Shown here in pieces: positions 38,195 through 48,573 of a stretch of 64,000 nt of DNA. Below the pieces are notes generated by a model. That model was not told the DNA's origin. It did not search any database and saw nothing but the letters and a program-made list of their open reading frames with translations. The stretch spans positions 1 through 64,000 of the forward strand of contig JANNQV010000051.1 in the NCBI GenBank assembly GCA_031400935.1. The letters are read 5' to 3'. Position numbers and translations under genes: made by a program. The first letter of the stretch is position 1, and the number at the start of each line of letters is the position of its first letter. The DNA is from Armatimonadota bacterium (GTDB taxonomy: Bacteria; Armatimonadota; Fimbriimonadia; Fimbriimonadales; Fimbriimonadaceae).

Positions 38195-40762
38195 ATGGAC
38201 GACCTATTCGACGACCGTTCGGAACTTGCAGGAACGCTTTTGACCCTCGAATTTGGACAAGGCGGGCGCATCATGCAACTTTGGGGCGCGGACCCGACCA
38301 TGCCCGAGGACAGCGATGAATTTCAGTTCATCTTAGGGCCAGTCAACTTTGGCGAAGAGTTTTCGGAAGACTATTATCCCGGCACGATTCTGCTGGGAGC
38401 GCGGACCACGCCAGAAGAGCCTTGGATCGTCAGCCGGAACAGCAACACGAACCCAAATCCGGAAAGCGACGAGTCTGGGGAAATCAAATTTGAATACGAT
38501 TTTCCGCTGTTGCCAGAAATTCGGGCGACAGGGCATTACTATGAAGTCGGCTCGCCAATTCCTCAGGTTTGCTGGGATGTTGAGATTTTCAATCAGGGGC
38601 GCGTCGCCATCGAGATCGGCGAACTCGCGTTTCCCTTTGCATTTTATAACCTCATGCAGGGCGCAAGCAAGGATGAAAAGACTGGCCGAAACCCCTACCA
38701 AGACAGGGTTTACATTCACACTTTTGTTGGCGGAACGGCAAGCTATCTTCACGCACAGCGGATGAGCAACGAGGCGCCGGGGCTGCTGGTTTTTCCGGGC
38801 GAGAACACAAGCTGGGAGATGTTCACCCATGTTCCGCGCTCGCTTTCGAGCCCGTTCCACTGGGAAGGAATTCCGGTGGTTTATCTTCATTCGCGGGCGT
38901 CAGTTGAGAGGGAAGAATGGCCGTCGCACTTTTTTGAGCATAGCTCGTTGATTCTAGAACCCGGAGATTCCAAGAAATTCCAAACTCGATTTGTAACTAC
39001 CAGTCCGACCGTTGGCGATTCGGTTTTCCAGACTTTAAGCGTTTGCAAACGACCTTCCATGCGGCTGTTGCCTGGAGCGGTGGCCCCGACGAATGTTGGG
39101 ATTGCGGTTGAAATCGCTGGCGTAGTGCCAAAGAGGTTTGCAGCATCAACTGATGCCGAACTCGAAACAGACACCGACGAAACCGGCGGTTTTTGCTTCG
39201 TTCGTCCAAAAAAGCCTGGCCCGGTTCGCTTGCGATTTGATCATGACCGAATGGGGCGCAGCTTTGCGAATCTGCTTTTCATCGAGCCAATCGAAACGCT
39301 GATTTCCAAGCGTGCCCAATGGATTTGCGACCATCAGTTTCATGAAGATTCGACAAGTGTCCTTCATCACGCGATTCTCGCAACGAACATTCGTACTCAA
39401 GAACGTATTTCTGCCGCGGAGGATTACGCCTTTCCATTTGCGCTCGAATCCGGGCTTTCTGACCTGCTTTTTCTTGCCGAAAAGAACGCGATTGATCCAT
39501 CGCTAGAGCAGATTCAGCTTCTGGATACGGTCATTGCTGATTTTTTGAGAGACGATGTCCAGAACCCTGCGGACGGCTCGATTGGCTGCGTTTTTGCCGA
39601 CCTCCATTCGGTTGCTCTGAACTATGGCCGCCCGCGAATTTATCCAATCGTGATGAACATCTACATGGCGATGCACAGGATTTCCAAAAACTATGGCCTT
39701 GGTGCAAAACCAGCGGAATCGTATCTTCACGAAGCGGCGAGAACGGCTTATTCGCTGTTCCAAATCCTCCGTCGTCCGATTGCAGGTGGCCTTCCAAGCT
39801 ATTCCCGAATTGACGACCTGATTCGAACACTTTTTGAAGAGAACTACGAAGAACTTGCCACAGAATTGCAGACTCAGGCCCATGCCTATGCGAGGGAAGT
39901 CGTGCGCCAACCTGTGACCGATGTAGAAGACCTTTCGGGAGACAGCGGCAGATTTGAAGAACTCTTTTGGGCGGCGACGTGGCTTCAAGATGAAGGGCTT
40001 GTGGACATTGCCTTGCGCCATGCATTTGCAGCACGAGACTTGGGACCTTGCTGGTGGAGCTATGGCAGCGATTACCACATATTCCACGAAACGGAAGGCG
40101 TCCCTCATGACGCCATTGTTGATAAAGGACAGTTGCTTTTGGGGCACTCCACAGTCGCAAATTCGCTAATGGTTATGGAGCTTTTGCGTTCTGACGGCAG
40201 AAAAGTCGAGGACACCTGGATTCGTGCCGCCTTTGGCGGGATGCTTGGCGTTTGGGGATTGATTCGAGCAGATGGCGCAGCGAGCATGGGTTTTTGCCCG
40301 GATGCCGCTTCCGGTCATTTTGGTTTCAACCCGTTGACAGGCGACATCGGGCTTTCGCTATTCCACTATCTGCGCGGAGTTCGATCCATCGTGATTCCAA
40401 GCCGACAATTTGGCGTGACGACGTTTGGGTGCCATTTTGAAGCGAACGAGACCGAGTACATCGTTCAGCCTTGGGACGGAGTTCAGCAAAGAATTTCGAT
40501 GCGACAAATTGGCTTTGATTGCACGATTGACGTAGGAAAAATCAAACAACTTCGGTTGGATATTCGAAAGCGATTTGCCTCTATAGAGATTTCAAATTCA
40601 TCCGACTTTGATACTAAGGGCAACATGATTGTTCGAGGGCTTTGGGGCTACCGAGTCACTTCAGGCGAGCAGAGTTTCGAGGCATCGGGCGGTGTGGTTA
40701 AGGTACCTTTTGAGTTGAAAAAGCAGGCGAATACCGTGATTCGTCTTGAGGTTGAAAAGTAA
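38195..40762 (+). CDS. Large hypothetical protein, DUF5695-like putative glycoside hydrolase
   Basis: IEIGELAFPF, SYLHAQR..PGLLVFP, VYLHSRA, LILEPG, CWWSYGSD, TGDIGL, VQPWDGV resemble that family (from memory); no signal peptide. Confidence 0.5.
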   Translation: MDDLFDDRSELAGTLLTLEFGQGGRIMQLWGADPTMPEDSDEFQFILGPVNFGEEFSEDYYPGTILLGARTTPEEPWIVSRNSNTNPNPESDESGEIKFEYDFPLLPEIRATGHYYEVGSPIPQVCWDVEIFNQGRVAIEIGELAFPFAFYNLMQGASKDEKTGRNPYQDRVYIHTFVGGTASYLHAQRMSNEAPGLLVFPGENTSWEMFTHVPRSLSSPFHWEGIPVVYLHSRASVEREEWPSHFFEHSSLILEPGDSKKFQTRFVTTSPTVGDSVFQTLSVCKRPSMRLLPGAVAPTNVGIAVEIAGVVPKRFAASTDAELETDTDETGGFCFVRPKKPGPVRLRFDHDRMGRSFANLLFIEPIETLISKRAQWICDHQFHEDSTSVLHHAILATNIRTQERISAAEDYAFPFALESGLSDLLFLAEKNAIDPSLEQIQLLDTVIADFLRDDVQNPADGSIGCVFADLHSVALNYGRPRIYPIVMNIYMAMHRISKNYGLGAKPAESYLHEAARTAYSLFQILRRPIAGGLPSYSRIDDLIRTLFEENYEELATELQTQAHAYAREVVRQPVTDVEDLSGDSGRFEELFWAATWLQDEGLVDIALRHAFAARDLGPCWWSYGSDYHIFHETEGVPHDAIVDKGQLLLGHSTVANSLMVMELLRSDGRKVEDTWIRAAFGGMLGVWGLIRADGAASMGFCPDAASGHFGFNPLTGDIGLSLFHYLRGVRSIVIPSRQFGVTTFGCHFEANETEYIVQPWDGVQQRISMRQIGFDCTIDVGKIKQLRLDIRKRFASIEISNSSDFDTKGNMIVRGLWGYRVTSGEQSFEASGGVVKVPFELKKQANTVIRLEVEK

Positions 40763-41154
40763 TGGAGATTCCAATGTTTTGGCTGGTGATTTCGGGCATT
40801 TTCTTTGCCGTTGGAATCGTGATGAATGTGATTCTCTCCATCGCTGTTTTTCAACTTTTGAAATCGGTTAAGGAAATCCAGCCGCAAATGATCTCTTCAA
40901 TGAAAAGCGTCGAAGAAATGTCAAAGCAAATCGAGGCACTTTCAGCCAAAGTGGAAGATACAGTGGATACTGTTGGAGGCAAAGCGAAGATCGCTGTCAA
41001 AGCTGTTGATTCGCTCGGACTTGGAAACAACAAGCAGGTCGGCCTGATTTCAACTGCGTTTAGTACGGCGATGTCCATTTTTAAGCTGTATCAAGAGATC
41101 GAGAGCTTTCGCAAACCGAAGGCAGTTGACAAGAAGCCTGCAAAAAAGGAATAA
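40762..41154 (+). CDS. Membrane-anchored coiled-coil protein (DUF948-like)
   Basis: N-terminal TM helix then heptad-like region; start overlaps upstream stop (TAATG). Confidence 0.65.
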   Translation: MEIPMFWLVISGIFFAVGIVMNVILSIAVFQLLKSVKEIQPQMISSMKSVEEMSKQIEALSAKVEDTVDTVGGKAKIAVKAVDSLGLGNNKQVGLISTAFSTAMSIFKLYQEIESFRKPKAVDKKPAKKE

Positions 41155-41172
41155 TACAGCTTCGATAGATGA

Positions 41173-41249
<77 letters not shown>

Positions 41250-41330
41250 ATTCTCTTCTCAGTCCTGAATTCTGCTCCCTGGGTTCCGAAGCACATCATC
41301 CTCGCTAAAGCCGCTCAGGTACTCTGAACC

Positions 41331-41711
41331 ATGCCATGGTTAAGCGCAGTTTGCATGTTATACGGTGTCCTCAATATCGCCTTCGGCATTTTGGCGTATC
41401 TCAGTAAAGGCAGCGTCATTTCCTTGGTGGCGGCTGGAGCTATTGGAATCGCCGTCATTTTTGGAGCGACGCTTGCAAAGACTCATGAACGAGTCGGTTA
41501 CTTGATTGTAACTGTTGTTTCCGTCCTAACTCTTGGTCGGTTTTTCAAACCGGCATTTATGGAATTCAAGATTTATCCGGCGATGATTTTGGCTTTGGCT
41601 TCAATTGCTATGTTGGGGTGTTTGGTTGTCGGGCATTTTGCCGCGAAGAAGGCCGCAGTAGTAGCACCTGCGACTCCTCCTGAGCCAACTGTTCCACCGG
41701 AATCAAACTAA
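41331..41711 (+). CDS. TMEM14-family membrane protein
   Basis: YGVL..GILAYLSKGSVISLVAAG, RFFK..KIYPA; four hydrophobic segments. Confidence 0.75.
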   Translation: MPWLSAVCMLYGVLNIAFGILAYLSKGSVISLVAAGAIGIAVIFGATLAKTHERVGYLIVTVVSVLTLGRFFKPAFMEFKIYPAMILALASIAMLGCLVVGHFAAKKAAVVAPATPPEPTVPPESN

Positions 41712-42553
41712 GCTCTTGAAAATTCCTCAACAGTGACTTGAACGCCTCCAGCGATTAGAGTCGTTCCGATAGATGTCCACTTGTTGCGAATCATTCCTGC
41801 TGCTATATGGCCTTCTCGAGGCGAAATTGCACAAGACGTAACCTTTCCGCAGACTTCACCTTGGTCATTAACAATATCTGATCCTATTGTGATAGCCGAT
41901 TCGCATCGCAGAAAACACCATGTTCGGTTCGTATGCCCACGGCTATGGATTCGGTGAATCACCTCTTGGCCGACGTAGCAGCCCTTGTTTTCTGAAATTG
42001 TGCGCCTGACGAATGCTTCGCCAAGTTCCGGGGCAAGAGTCTTTGGACCGATGTCAGCGTCAAAGTTTGGGGTGCCAGACTCAATTCGCAATGCTTCGAG
42101 GTTTTCTGAATTCAAGAATAAGTCGCTCTTGAACGATTCGGCATCAGCTTCAGACAGCCAACAGTCGTGCCCTTCAATTCCATACCGGCTTGAAGGCAAA
42201 GTAATGGAAGAATGTTCAGTCGGAGTGCTGCCAAACACGTGAATACACATCAAATCAAGTGAATTGGCGACCACGTCTTCCATGATCACAAATCTGTTCA
42301 CGCGATCCAAAATGGACTTCAAACAAACTGTTGGCGATGAAATCAACAGTCGGTTTTCCTTTGGCCAAATTTTGATGATCGCCTGGATGTGTCCGGTTGG
42401 GCTGCAAATACACGCTTCCATTCCCGGTTGAGAATCAACAAGATTGATGTCGTTCGTAATCTGACCTTGAAGCCAGGCGCGAACATCTGAACCCGAAAAC
42501 TCGATGAGAGCTTCATCCAGAAGTGCTGCGCCAACAACGGGAAAATCTTTCAT
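41708..42553 (-). CDS. ygfZ: YgfZ/GcvT-family folate-binding protein
   Basis: LQGQITND and KGCYVGQE signature. Confidence 0.9.
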   Translation of the reverse strand: MKDFPVVGAALLDEALIEFSGSDVRAWLQGQITNDINLVDSQPGMEACICSPTGHIQAIIKIWPKENRLLISSPTVCLKSILDRVNRFVIMEDVVANSLDLMCIHVFGSTPTEHSSITLPSSRYGIEGHDCWLSEADAESFKSDLFLNSENLEALRIESGTPNFDADIGPKTLAPELGEAFVRRTISENKGCYVGQEVIHRIHSRGHTNRTWCFLRCESAITIGSDIVNDQGEVCGKVTSCAISPREGHIAAGMIRNKWTSIGTTLIAGGVQVTVEEFSRA

Positions 42554-42575
42554 ACTTCTCCCAGGTCGAAAATTG

Positions 42576-43397
42576 GTGAGAATTCAATCAGCGATTCCAT
42601 GGGCATTAGGGGCAGGTTTATTGTGGCATGGCGCTCGATCTGCCGTAATTCGATTTGAAGAACAGGCCGCCGACGAGATTGCCGCAAAGCTCGATGGTGA
42701 TTCAAAGAAGGTTTCGGTGAAAGCAGTTCCCAACGGAGTCTTTGGCGCTGCGATGGGCGATTTGGAATCGGCAACGATTCGAGCTTCAAATTTCACGACA
42801 AATGGGCTGCCGCTTTTTACGGAACCGGAAAGATCAAAGAAGGGGCGGGTTCAGAATCTACGGATCGAGTTGAAAGATTTTCGGCTTGGAAGTCTAGACA
42901 TTGAATCACTTACAGCCGCAATTCCAGAGTGCAGATACGATTTCGCCCTAGCCATGAAGAAAGGCCAGATTCGCTTGAGCCAAAGCGGAACGGGCACAGG
43001 AGAGGTTCGCATTGCTGAAAAGGCGTTAGAGCGATTCGTTTTGGCAAAATTTCGCGAAATTCTCTCGGTCTCCATTCGATGCGATCGAGGTTGGGTTTGG
43101 ATTGAAGGCGTTGGAGAATTCTTAGTGATCAAAACGGCCTTTCGAGTCCTTGCGAAACTTGAACCTCGAACTGGCAATATGCTTGTGCTAACGAGGGCAA
43201 GAGTTGTCTTTGATGGTTTGCCCGTTGATAAAGAAGTCGCAGATGCCGTTTTGCAGACTTTGAACCCGGTTGTTGACCTCGATAAAGACCTGAACTTGCA
43301 TGGTGCAATCCAAGTCGAATCGGTGATCAGCGAAAAAGGTTTTTTGACTGTATCAGGGAAGACCACAATTCCGAATCTCCCATCGGCGCCAAAATAG
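42576..43397 (+). CDS. DUF2993/LmeA-like protein
   Basis: N-terminal anchor, GDLESATIRAS, TLNPVVDL, LTVSG pattern; start uncertain. Confidence 0.55.
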   Translation: MRIQSAIPWALGAGLLWHGARSAVIRFEEQAADEIAAKLDGDSKKVSVKAVPNGVFGAAMGDLESATIRASNFTTNGLPLFTEPERSKKGRVQNLRIELKDFRLGSLDIESLTAAIPECRYDFALAMKKGQIRLSQSGTGTGEVRIAEKALERFVLAKFREILSVSIRCDRGWVWIEGVGEFLVIKTAFRVLAKLEPRTGNMLVLTRARVVFDGLPVDKEVADAVLQTLNPVVDLDKDLNLHGAIQVESVISEKGFLTVSGKTTIPNLPSAPK

Positions 43398-43495
43398 CCT
43401 AACTAAACGGACAACGAAATCGTTCGTCTCTCCATTGACGTATACTTTATAGAGAGTTGAATTCTTTGAATTCGACATGCTGACTAGGAGAAAGA

Positions 43496-43747
43496 ATGCT
43501 ATCACTGCTTGGATTTGGTTTCGGAGGCCCAGAAATATGGGTTATCGTAGTTTTGGTTCTGCTCCTGTTTGGCGGAAAGAAGATTCCTGAGCTAATGCGA
43601 GGAATGGGGCGCGGCGTCGGTGAACTTCAAAAGGGAATCGAAGATGGCAAGAAGGCGATGGAAGCAAATATTCAACAATCCATGGCTGAGGCTGACAATG
43701 AGCCTTCAAAAACTTCGAACAACGACAGCGACAAAAAGGCTGGCTAG
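43496..43747 (+). CDS. tatA: Twin-arginine translocase TatA/E
   Basis: [32 protein letters not shown]. Confidence 0.95.
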   Translation: MLSLLGFGFGGPEIWVIVVLVLLLFGGKKIPELMRGMGRGVGELQKGIEDGKKAMEANIQQSMAEADNEPSKTSNNDSDKKAG

Positions 43748-43759
43748 TTTTTCGTTCTG

Positions 43760-44563
43760 ATGCCAAACACATTTGCTTGGCAAGGCTTTTCGATCTCCCT
43801 ACCTCAAGATTGGGACCCGACAAATTTTTCGGGTGATCGCACAACTGGCTTTGCAAGGATTTCATCGGCAGGGGCAACACAATTACAGATACGTTGGCAA
43901 TCCTTCAAAAAGGAACCTGAGCCTGAGGTCGTGCTGGCGCGATATTTCAAACAGATTCACCGGGAAAGTTTTCGAAGGAAGATTTCGGTAGAAACGGAGT
44001 CCAAACAATCTGAGTTTGGACTGGAATACCACTGGAATGGCACAGAATCTGCACGGGGATGTGTGATCGTTTCTGAGGCAAGTCGAAGGTTGTTTTTCTT
44101 AGAGATTTCAAGTGCAAAAGGGAAGGCCCCGCTCGCAATATTTCGCGAAATTTTGGGAAGTTTTAAGGACAACGCCGACGCTCTTCCAGATTGCTGGTCT
44201 TTACTTGGATTGTCGGTTTCGTTGCCAAAACAAGCTGTCCTAAAAAGATCAGTTTTGCTATCAGGAAAGCTTCAATTGCACTGGACGGCGCATCGCGCAG
44301 TACTTTCAGCAGGACGAACGTCCTTTGGCCGCGAATTGATGGGGAAGATGAACCTATCAGAGTGGGCGAAATCAATAGCGCCGAAAGGAACGGTCAAAGA
44401 GTGTGAACAAGGGGTTCGCATAGATTCGATTCGACGAGCGATTGGCCGAACTGTTTCATCTTCGACAATTGCCAAATTCGACCAGAACGCAAACCAACTG
44501 ATCTATGCCACCGCCATGTTTCGCGCCCCGATTTGGAGGCCAGAATGGGATTGGTTCAGCTAA
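43760..44563 (+). CDS. Hypothetical protein with two similar Trp-containing halves
   Basis: FAWQGFSISLPQDW..SG versus WSLLGLSVSLPKQA..SG; overlaps the next gene. Confidence 0.65.
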   Translation: MPNTFAWQGFSISLPQDWDPTNFSGDRTTGFARISSAGATQLQIRWQSFKKEPEPEVVLARYFKQIHRESFRRKISVETESKQSEFGLEYHWNGTESARGCVIVSEASRRLFFLEISSAKGKAPLAIFREILGSFKDNADALPDCWSLLGLSVSLPKQAVLKRSVLLSGKLQLHWTAHRAVLSAGRTSFGRELMGKMNLSEWAKSIAPKGTVKECEQGVRIDSIRRAIGRTVSSSTIAKFDQNANQLIYATAMFRAPIWRPEWDWFS

Positions 44564-44934
44564 TTTCTAGATTTAGATCGAATCCTCCCGCACTTGCTTT
44601 GCACCAGCTTCAAGCGAGTCGAAATCCGGTTGTCGAAGAAATAGCTAGAGGCGATGGAATCGTCATCTTGTCGTGCCCTGTTTCTGTTCAAAAAAGCGCA
44701 TTTGGAAAGTTGGCTAGAAAAATGGGTCGGGAAGATCGCAAAGAATACGAATTGGAGCCGATTGGAGCGTTTGTTTGGAACCGAATTCAGGGCAAAGTGT
44801 CAGCCATGTCACTTGTTTCGGCATTGCAAAGGGAGTTCAAACTGAGCCGAATCGAAGCCGAGACGTCCCTCGCCGCCTTCTTGCAGTTGCTGGCTTCACG
44901 CGGACTCATAAGACTGGAAGTGCGGCGAAAATGA
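44545..44934 (+). CDS. PqqD-family / RiPP recognition element-like protein
   Basis: YELEPIGAFVWNRIQG..LQREFKL..AETSLAAFLQLLASRGLI; GGAGG RBS. Confidence 0.8.
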   Translation: MGLVQLISRFRSNPPALALHQLQASRNPVVEEIARGDGIVILSCPVSVQKSAFGKLARKMGREDRKEYELEPIGAFVWNRIQGKVSAMSLVSALQREFKLSRIEAETSLAAFLQLLASRGLIRLEVRRK

Positions 44935-45461
44935 ATCCGCTCCAAATCGCATGGCGGCAGGCTTTGGCAAGCCTCCGGTTTCGGGCCGTAGGGCACGGTA
45001 TGTCTGTTTTTGGCGTGATTCTGGGTTCAGGAATGTTCGGATCAGTGCAAGCCTATCGAATGGCTCTTGCACCGATGGGGCTCTCATTGGCAGATTCGAA
45101 TCGGTTGCAATGGTTTTCGTGGATGGCGGCATTGATGGCATTGGTCGGAATTGGAAATCAGTTTCTTCTGTCGGTCACGGCTCGATTTCGTGAAATCGGG
45201 ACATTGAAGTGCCTCGGTGCGTCGAACCAGTTGATAGGCATGATTTATGCCATTGAATCCTTGATGCTTGGCTCAATCGGAGCACTCATTGGGGGAGTAG
45301 TTGGTCCGGTTTTGGGCTCAATGATTGCGGGAAGGCCAAGTTTGGAAGCCGCACCACTATCGTTCGCAGTTGGACTTTCCATTGCTTTCCTCGCGATTTG
45401 GATTCCCATTGCTGAAGTAATGCGCTTGCCTGCCACATCGGCGCTAAGGGCGGAGGACTAA
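44931..45461 (+). CDS. Minimal FtsX/MacB-type ABC permease (176 aa)
   Basis: GIGNQFLLSVTARFREIGTLKCLGAS..IES..; C-terminal PATSALR; four TM segments; ATGA coupling. Confidence 0.85.
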   Translation: MNPLQIAWRQALASLRFRAVGHGMSVFGVILGSGMFGSVQAYRMALAPMGLSLADSNRLQWFSWMAALMALVGIGNQFLLSVTARFREIGTLKCLGASNQLIGMIYAIESLMLGSIGALIGGVVGPVLGSMIAGRPSLEAAPLSFAVGLSIAFLAIWIPIAEVMRLPATSALRAED

Positions 45462-46130
45462 ATGGCTGCACTGAGAACTCTTGACTTAGTGAAGGAATAC
45501 GGATCGGGTGAGGCGATGGTTCGCGCCGTTGACCATATAAATTGCGAGATAGCCGAAGGAGAATTTGTGGCGATTGTCGGACCATCCGGGAGTGGAAAAA
45601 GCACTCTTTTCAACCTAATTGGAGGGCTAGATCGGCCTACTTCTGGGCATGTTTACATCGGTTCTGTCGACATTTCACAATTGGCTACGAAGGAGGTTGC
45701 TTATCTTCGCTGCCATCGAATCGGATACATTTTTCAAACTTTCAATCTCTTGCCAGTTCGGACTGCATTAGAAAACGTGGCATTGCCATTGCTTATTGCC
45801 GGAGTTAGAGCCGCCGAATCAGACGAGCGGGCGGCTGAACTTTTGGACAAAGTTGGGCTTGGCTCCAGGCTTCACCATCGCCCAAGTGAGCTATCTGGCG
45901 GTCAGCAGCAACGAGTTGCGATTGCAAGAGCGCTGGCGAACAAGCCGAGCATTGTCCTGGCAGACGAGCCAACCGGAAATCTGGATACCAAGACCGGACA
46001 GGAGATTATTGATTTGCTGCGCGAAATGAATCAAAGCGAAGGAGTCACTGTGGTCTCAGCCACACATGACCCGAAAATGATTGAAGCCGCTGGACGCAGA
46101 TTAAACATTGAAGATGGGCGGTTGACATAG
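45462..46130 (+). CDS. LolD/MacB-type ABC ATP-binding protein
   Basis: [37 protein letters not shown]. Confidence 0.95.
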   Translation: MAALRTLDLVKEYGSGEAMVRAVDHINCEIAEGEFVAIVGPSGSGKSTLFNLIGGLDRPTSGHVYIGSVDISQLATKEVAYLRCHRIGYIFQTFNLLPVRTALENVALPLLIAGVRAAESDERAAELLDKVGLGSRLHHRPSELSGGQQQRVAIARALANKPSIVLADEPTGNLDTKTGQEIIDLLREMNQSEGVTVVSATHDPKMIEAAGRRLNIEDGRLT

Positions 46131-46172
46131 CACGGTCGTCTCGAAAGTGAGGGACATAATCTCAGTTTTGTA

Positions 46173-46235
46173 GTGGAGCGCGGAGCTTGACTGAGAATTT
46201 TGCAAATCAGCTACGATTGTTGCTCCGCGCTCCAC
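46173..46235. repeat. Perfect 14-bp inverted repeat (REP-like) between convergent genes
   Basis: GTGGAGCGCGGAGC at 46173-46186 and GCTCCGCGCTCCAC at 46222-46235. Confidence 0.8.
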
Positions 46236-46247
46236 GATGCGCTTTCG

Positions 46248-46853
46248 TCATTCCAAAACATTCTTGCCTACAACTTTTCCGAGATCGGTCAAATCGTAAA
46301 CTACTGGAATTCCGGTCCCCAATTCTAAAGCCACAACTTGCTCGCCAGACAAATTGTCTAAAACCATGATGATCGAACGATTGGAATTGCCGTGTGCCAC
46401 AACAAGTACATCTTTTCCTTGCCGAATGTCGCCCATGATGCACCTTTCGAAGAAGGGAACGGTACGCTCTGCAGTGTTCTTCAATGCTTCGCCGTTAGGG
46501 GGCGGAACGTCGTAACTTCGCCGCCAGATTTTCACTTGCTCTTCGCCAAATTTTGCACGCATTTCGTCTTTATTCATGCCTTGAAGATCGCCGTAATGCC
46601 TTTCGTTAAGTGCCTGATCTCGGATTATTGGAATGTCCCAATTGTTGGTCTCAAGAATGATCCGCAGGGTTCGCTGCGCTCTTGTGAGTCCACTCGTGTA
46701 GCAAACATCGAAGCTGAATTCTATCAATTTTGAGGCGGCGTTTCTGGCTTCTTGCTCGCCGTTTGCCGTTAGAGGAACATCCACCCATCCTGTAAATCGG
46801 TTTTCAAGGTTCCACAGCGATTGGCCGTGGCGAATGAGGACGAGTTTGGGCAT
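46248..46853 (-). CDS. gpmA: 2,3-BPG-dependent phosphoglycerate mutase
   Basis: LIRHGQSLWN..RFTGWVD, LNERHYGDLQG, WRRSYD, AHGNS. Confidence 0.96.
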   Translation of the reverse strand: MPKLVLIRHGQSLWNLENRFTGWVDVPLTANGEQEARNAASKLIEFSFDVCYTSGLTRAQRTLRIILETNNWDIPIIRDQALNERHYGDLQGMNKDEMRAKFGEEQVKIWRRSYDVPPPNGEALKNTAERTVPFFERCIMGDIRQGKDVLVVAHGNSNRSIIMVLDNLSGEQVVALELGTGIPVVYDLTDLGKVVGKNVLE

Positions 46854-46973
46854 TTGAGAAGGATACTCTCTGGAGAGTGGAGAGTAGGAATGCGAATTGC
46901 AGGGAACGGACAACCAACAACCGATAACCGACAACTGATGACTAACATCCAATAGCGAGGAACAAAGCGAACC

Positions 46974-48014
46974 TCACCCCCTCAGAAGCCGGAACTCAGT
47001 TGGAAGTCTCAATTCTGTAAATGTATCCATCGCATACCGATCCGTCATACCTGCCACATAGTCAACGGCTCCCAGCACACCCTGAAATCCCGAGGGCAAA
47101 TTGCCAGGCACACAAAAGTGATGAAACAGCTCCTTCACCAAAACTTGGGCTTTGAGTATGTCGGGGTACAGAACGGGATACTGAAAGTAAATATTCTCAA
47201 ATAGCCAATTTTTCAAGTCGTTCATCGAAACTAGCATGGAGGGAGAAAGGCGAATCGCTGGTTGGTTGTTGCTTTGTTCGATTACGTCTTGAACCATTGC
47301 GCCAATCCTTTTGCCGTGACTCGTTCCGATGGATTGGAAGTGGTGAGGAGTTTCTGGAATCATTCCGCTTCGAACGGCGTCGTCGAGGTCGTGGTTCATG
47401 TAAGCAATTCGGTCGGCGATCCGTACAACTGCTGCTTCAAGCGAACTGACATTTTCTCCATCCGCATCGGTGAGGTCCTTTTCGCCTTTGCTATGCCCGC
47501 CAATTCCTGCCCGCACTTCGATAGAAAGATTCATGTCATCGAGAACTTCCACGATTCGAAGCGATTGAGTATAGTGGCGAAACTCGATAGGATCGCCTTC
47601 AATGGCTCCAAACTGAAAGATGCGCTCCTTTATGGCTTCATCTAAAGCAGCTTCGCCGGCGTGGCCAAAAGGAGTGTGGCCGACATCGTGACCGAGCGCA
47701 ATGGCTTCAATAAGGTCTTCATTCAGCCTAAGTGCCCTCCCGATTGTGCGCGCAATTTGAGCGACCTCGAGCGTGTGAGTCATTCGAGTTCTATAATGGT
47801 CGCCTTGCGGTTCGATGAACACTTGGGTTTTGTGCTTGAGACGGCGAAACGGCTTTGAATGAAGAATTCGGTCTCGGTCCCGTTGGAAGCAGGTGCGAAC
47901 AGGGTCAAAATCTTCATCGCGCATTCTGCCAAGAGATTCAGCTGCCCGAACGGCAAATTGCGAAAGCCATTCCATTTCGTGATGCTCGATTCCAATCCGA
48001 ATTTCCTGAGGCAT
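46974..48014 (-). CDS. dgt: Deoxyguanosinetriphosphate triphosphohydrolase-like HD protein
   Basis: FQRDRDRI, RRLKHKTQVF, RTRMTHTLEV, HDVGHTPFGHAGE, DYVAGMTDRYA. Confidence 0.9.
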   Translation of the reverse strand: MPQEIRIGIEHHEMEWLSQFAVRAAESLGRMRDEDFDPVRTCFQRDRDRILHSKPFRRLKHKTQVFIEPQGDHYRTRMTHTLEVAQIARTIGRALRLNEDLIEAIALGHDVGHTPFGHAGEAALDEAIKERIFQFGAIEGDPIEFRHYTQSLRIVEVLDDMNLSIEVRAGIGGHSKGEKDLTDADGENVSSLEAAVVRIADRIAYMNHDLDDAVRSGMIPETPHHFQSIGTSHGKRIGAMVQDVIEQSNNQPAIRLSPSMLVSMNDLKNWLFENIYFQYPVLYPDILKAQVLVKELFHHFCVPGNLPSGFQGVLGAVDYVAGMTDRYAMDTFTELRLPTEFRLLRG

Positions 48015-48168
48015 GGAAGTAAGGACGGGGAATCGTCAATTGTGGATTTTGGATTATTGAATGGAGTACACATTGGATTTTGGATTTAGAAATCTGTTAG
48101 GCTGAACTGAATGGATCGCCGCCAACCGCCAACTGCTAACTTCCCACATCCCAACGCCAACAACTGTT

Positions 48169-48573
48169 TTACAGATCCATCGGCTTCTTGATCTTGATAT
48201 TCGGAACTGGCAGAATGGATTCACCTCTTCGGATTGGAATATTCGGGGTGCCGAATGCCTCAGTAATGCGTCGTTCGGCATCGTCAACATATTCAAGAAA
48301 TTGCTTTTCAAAATCAAGAGACATTTCTTCCATTTCTTCAAGGAGCCTCAAAATGAGCTCGACACCAGCAAGGTTCACCCCCATTTGCTGGGTGAGCCTT
48401 TGGATTCTTCGGACTCGTAGAACATCGTCCTGGCTGTACAGCCGGTTCTTCCCGCCCACTCGGCTAGGAACAACAAGTCCCAAGCGTTCGTACTGCCTAA
48501 GGGTTTGCGGGTGAACTGAAGATAGTTCTGCGGCAACACCGATCATGAAAACTGGATGGCTTTCTTGCCTCAT
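48169..48573 (-). CDS. hspR: MerR-family heat-shock repressor HspR
   Basis: [35 protein letters not shown]; coupled to a J-domain gene. Confidence 0.88.
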   Translation of the reverse strand: MRQESHPVFMIGVAAELSSVHPQTLRQYERLGLVVPSRVGGKNRLYSQDDVLRVRRIQRLTQQMGVNLAGVELILRLLEEMEEMSLDFEKQFLEYVDDAERRITEAFGTPNIPIRRGESILPVPNIKIKKPMDL

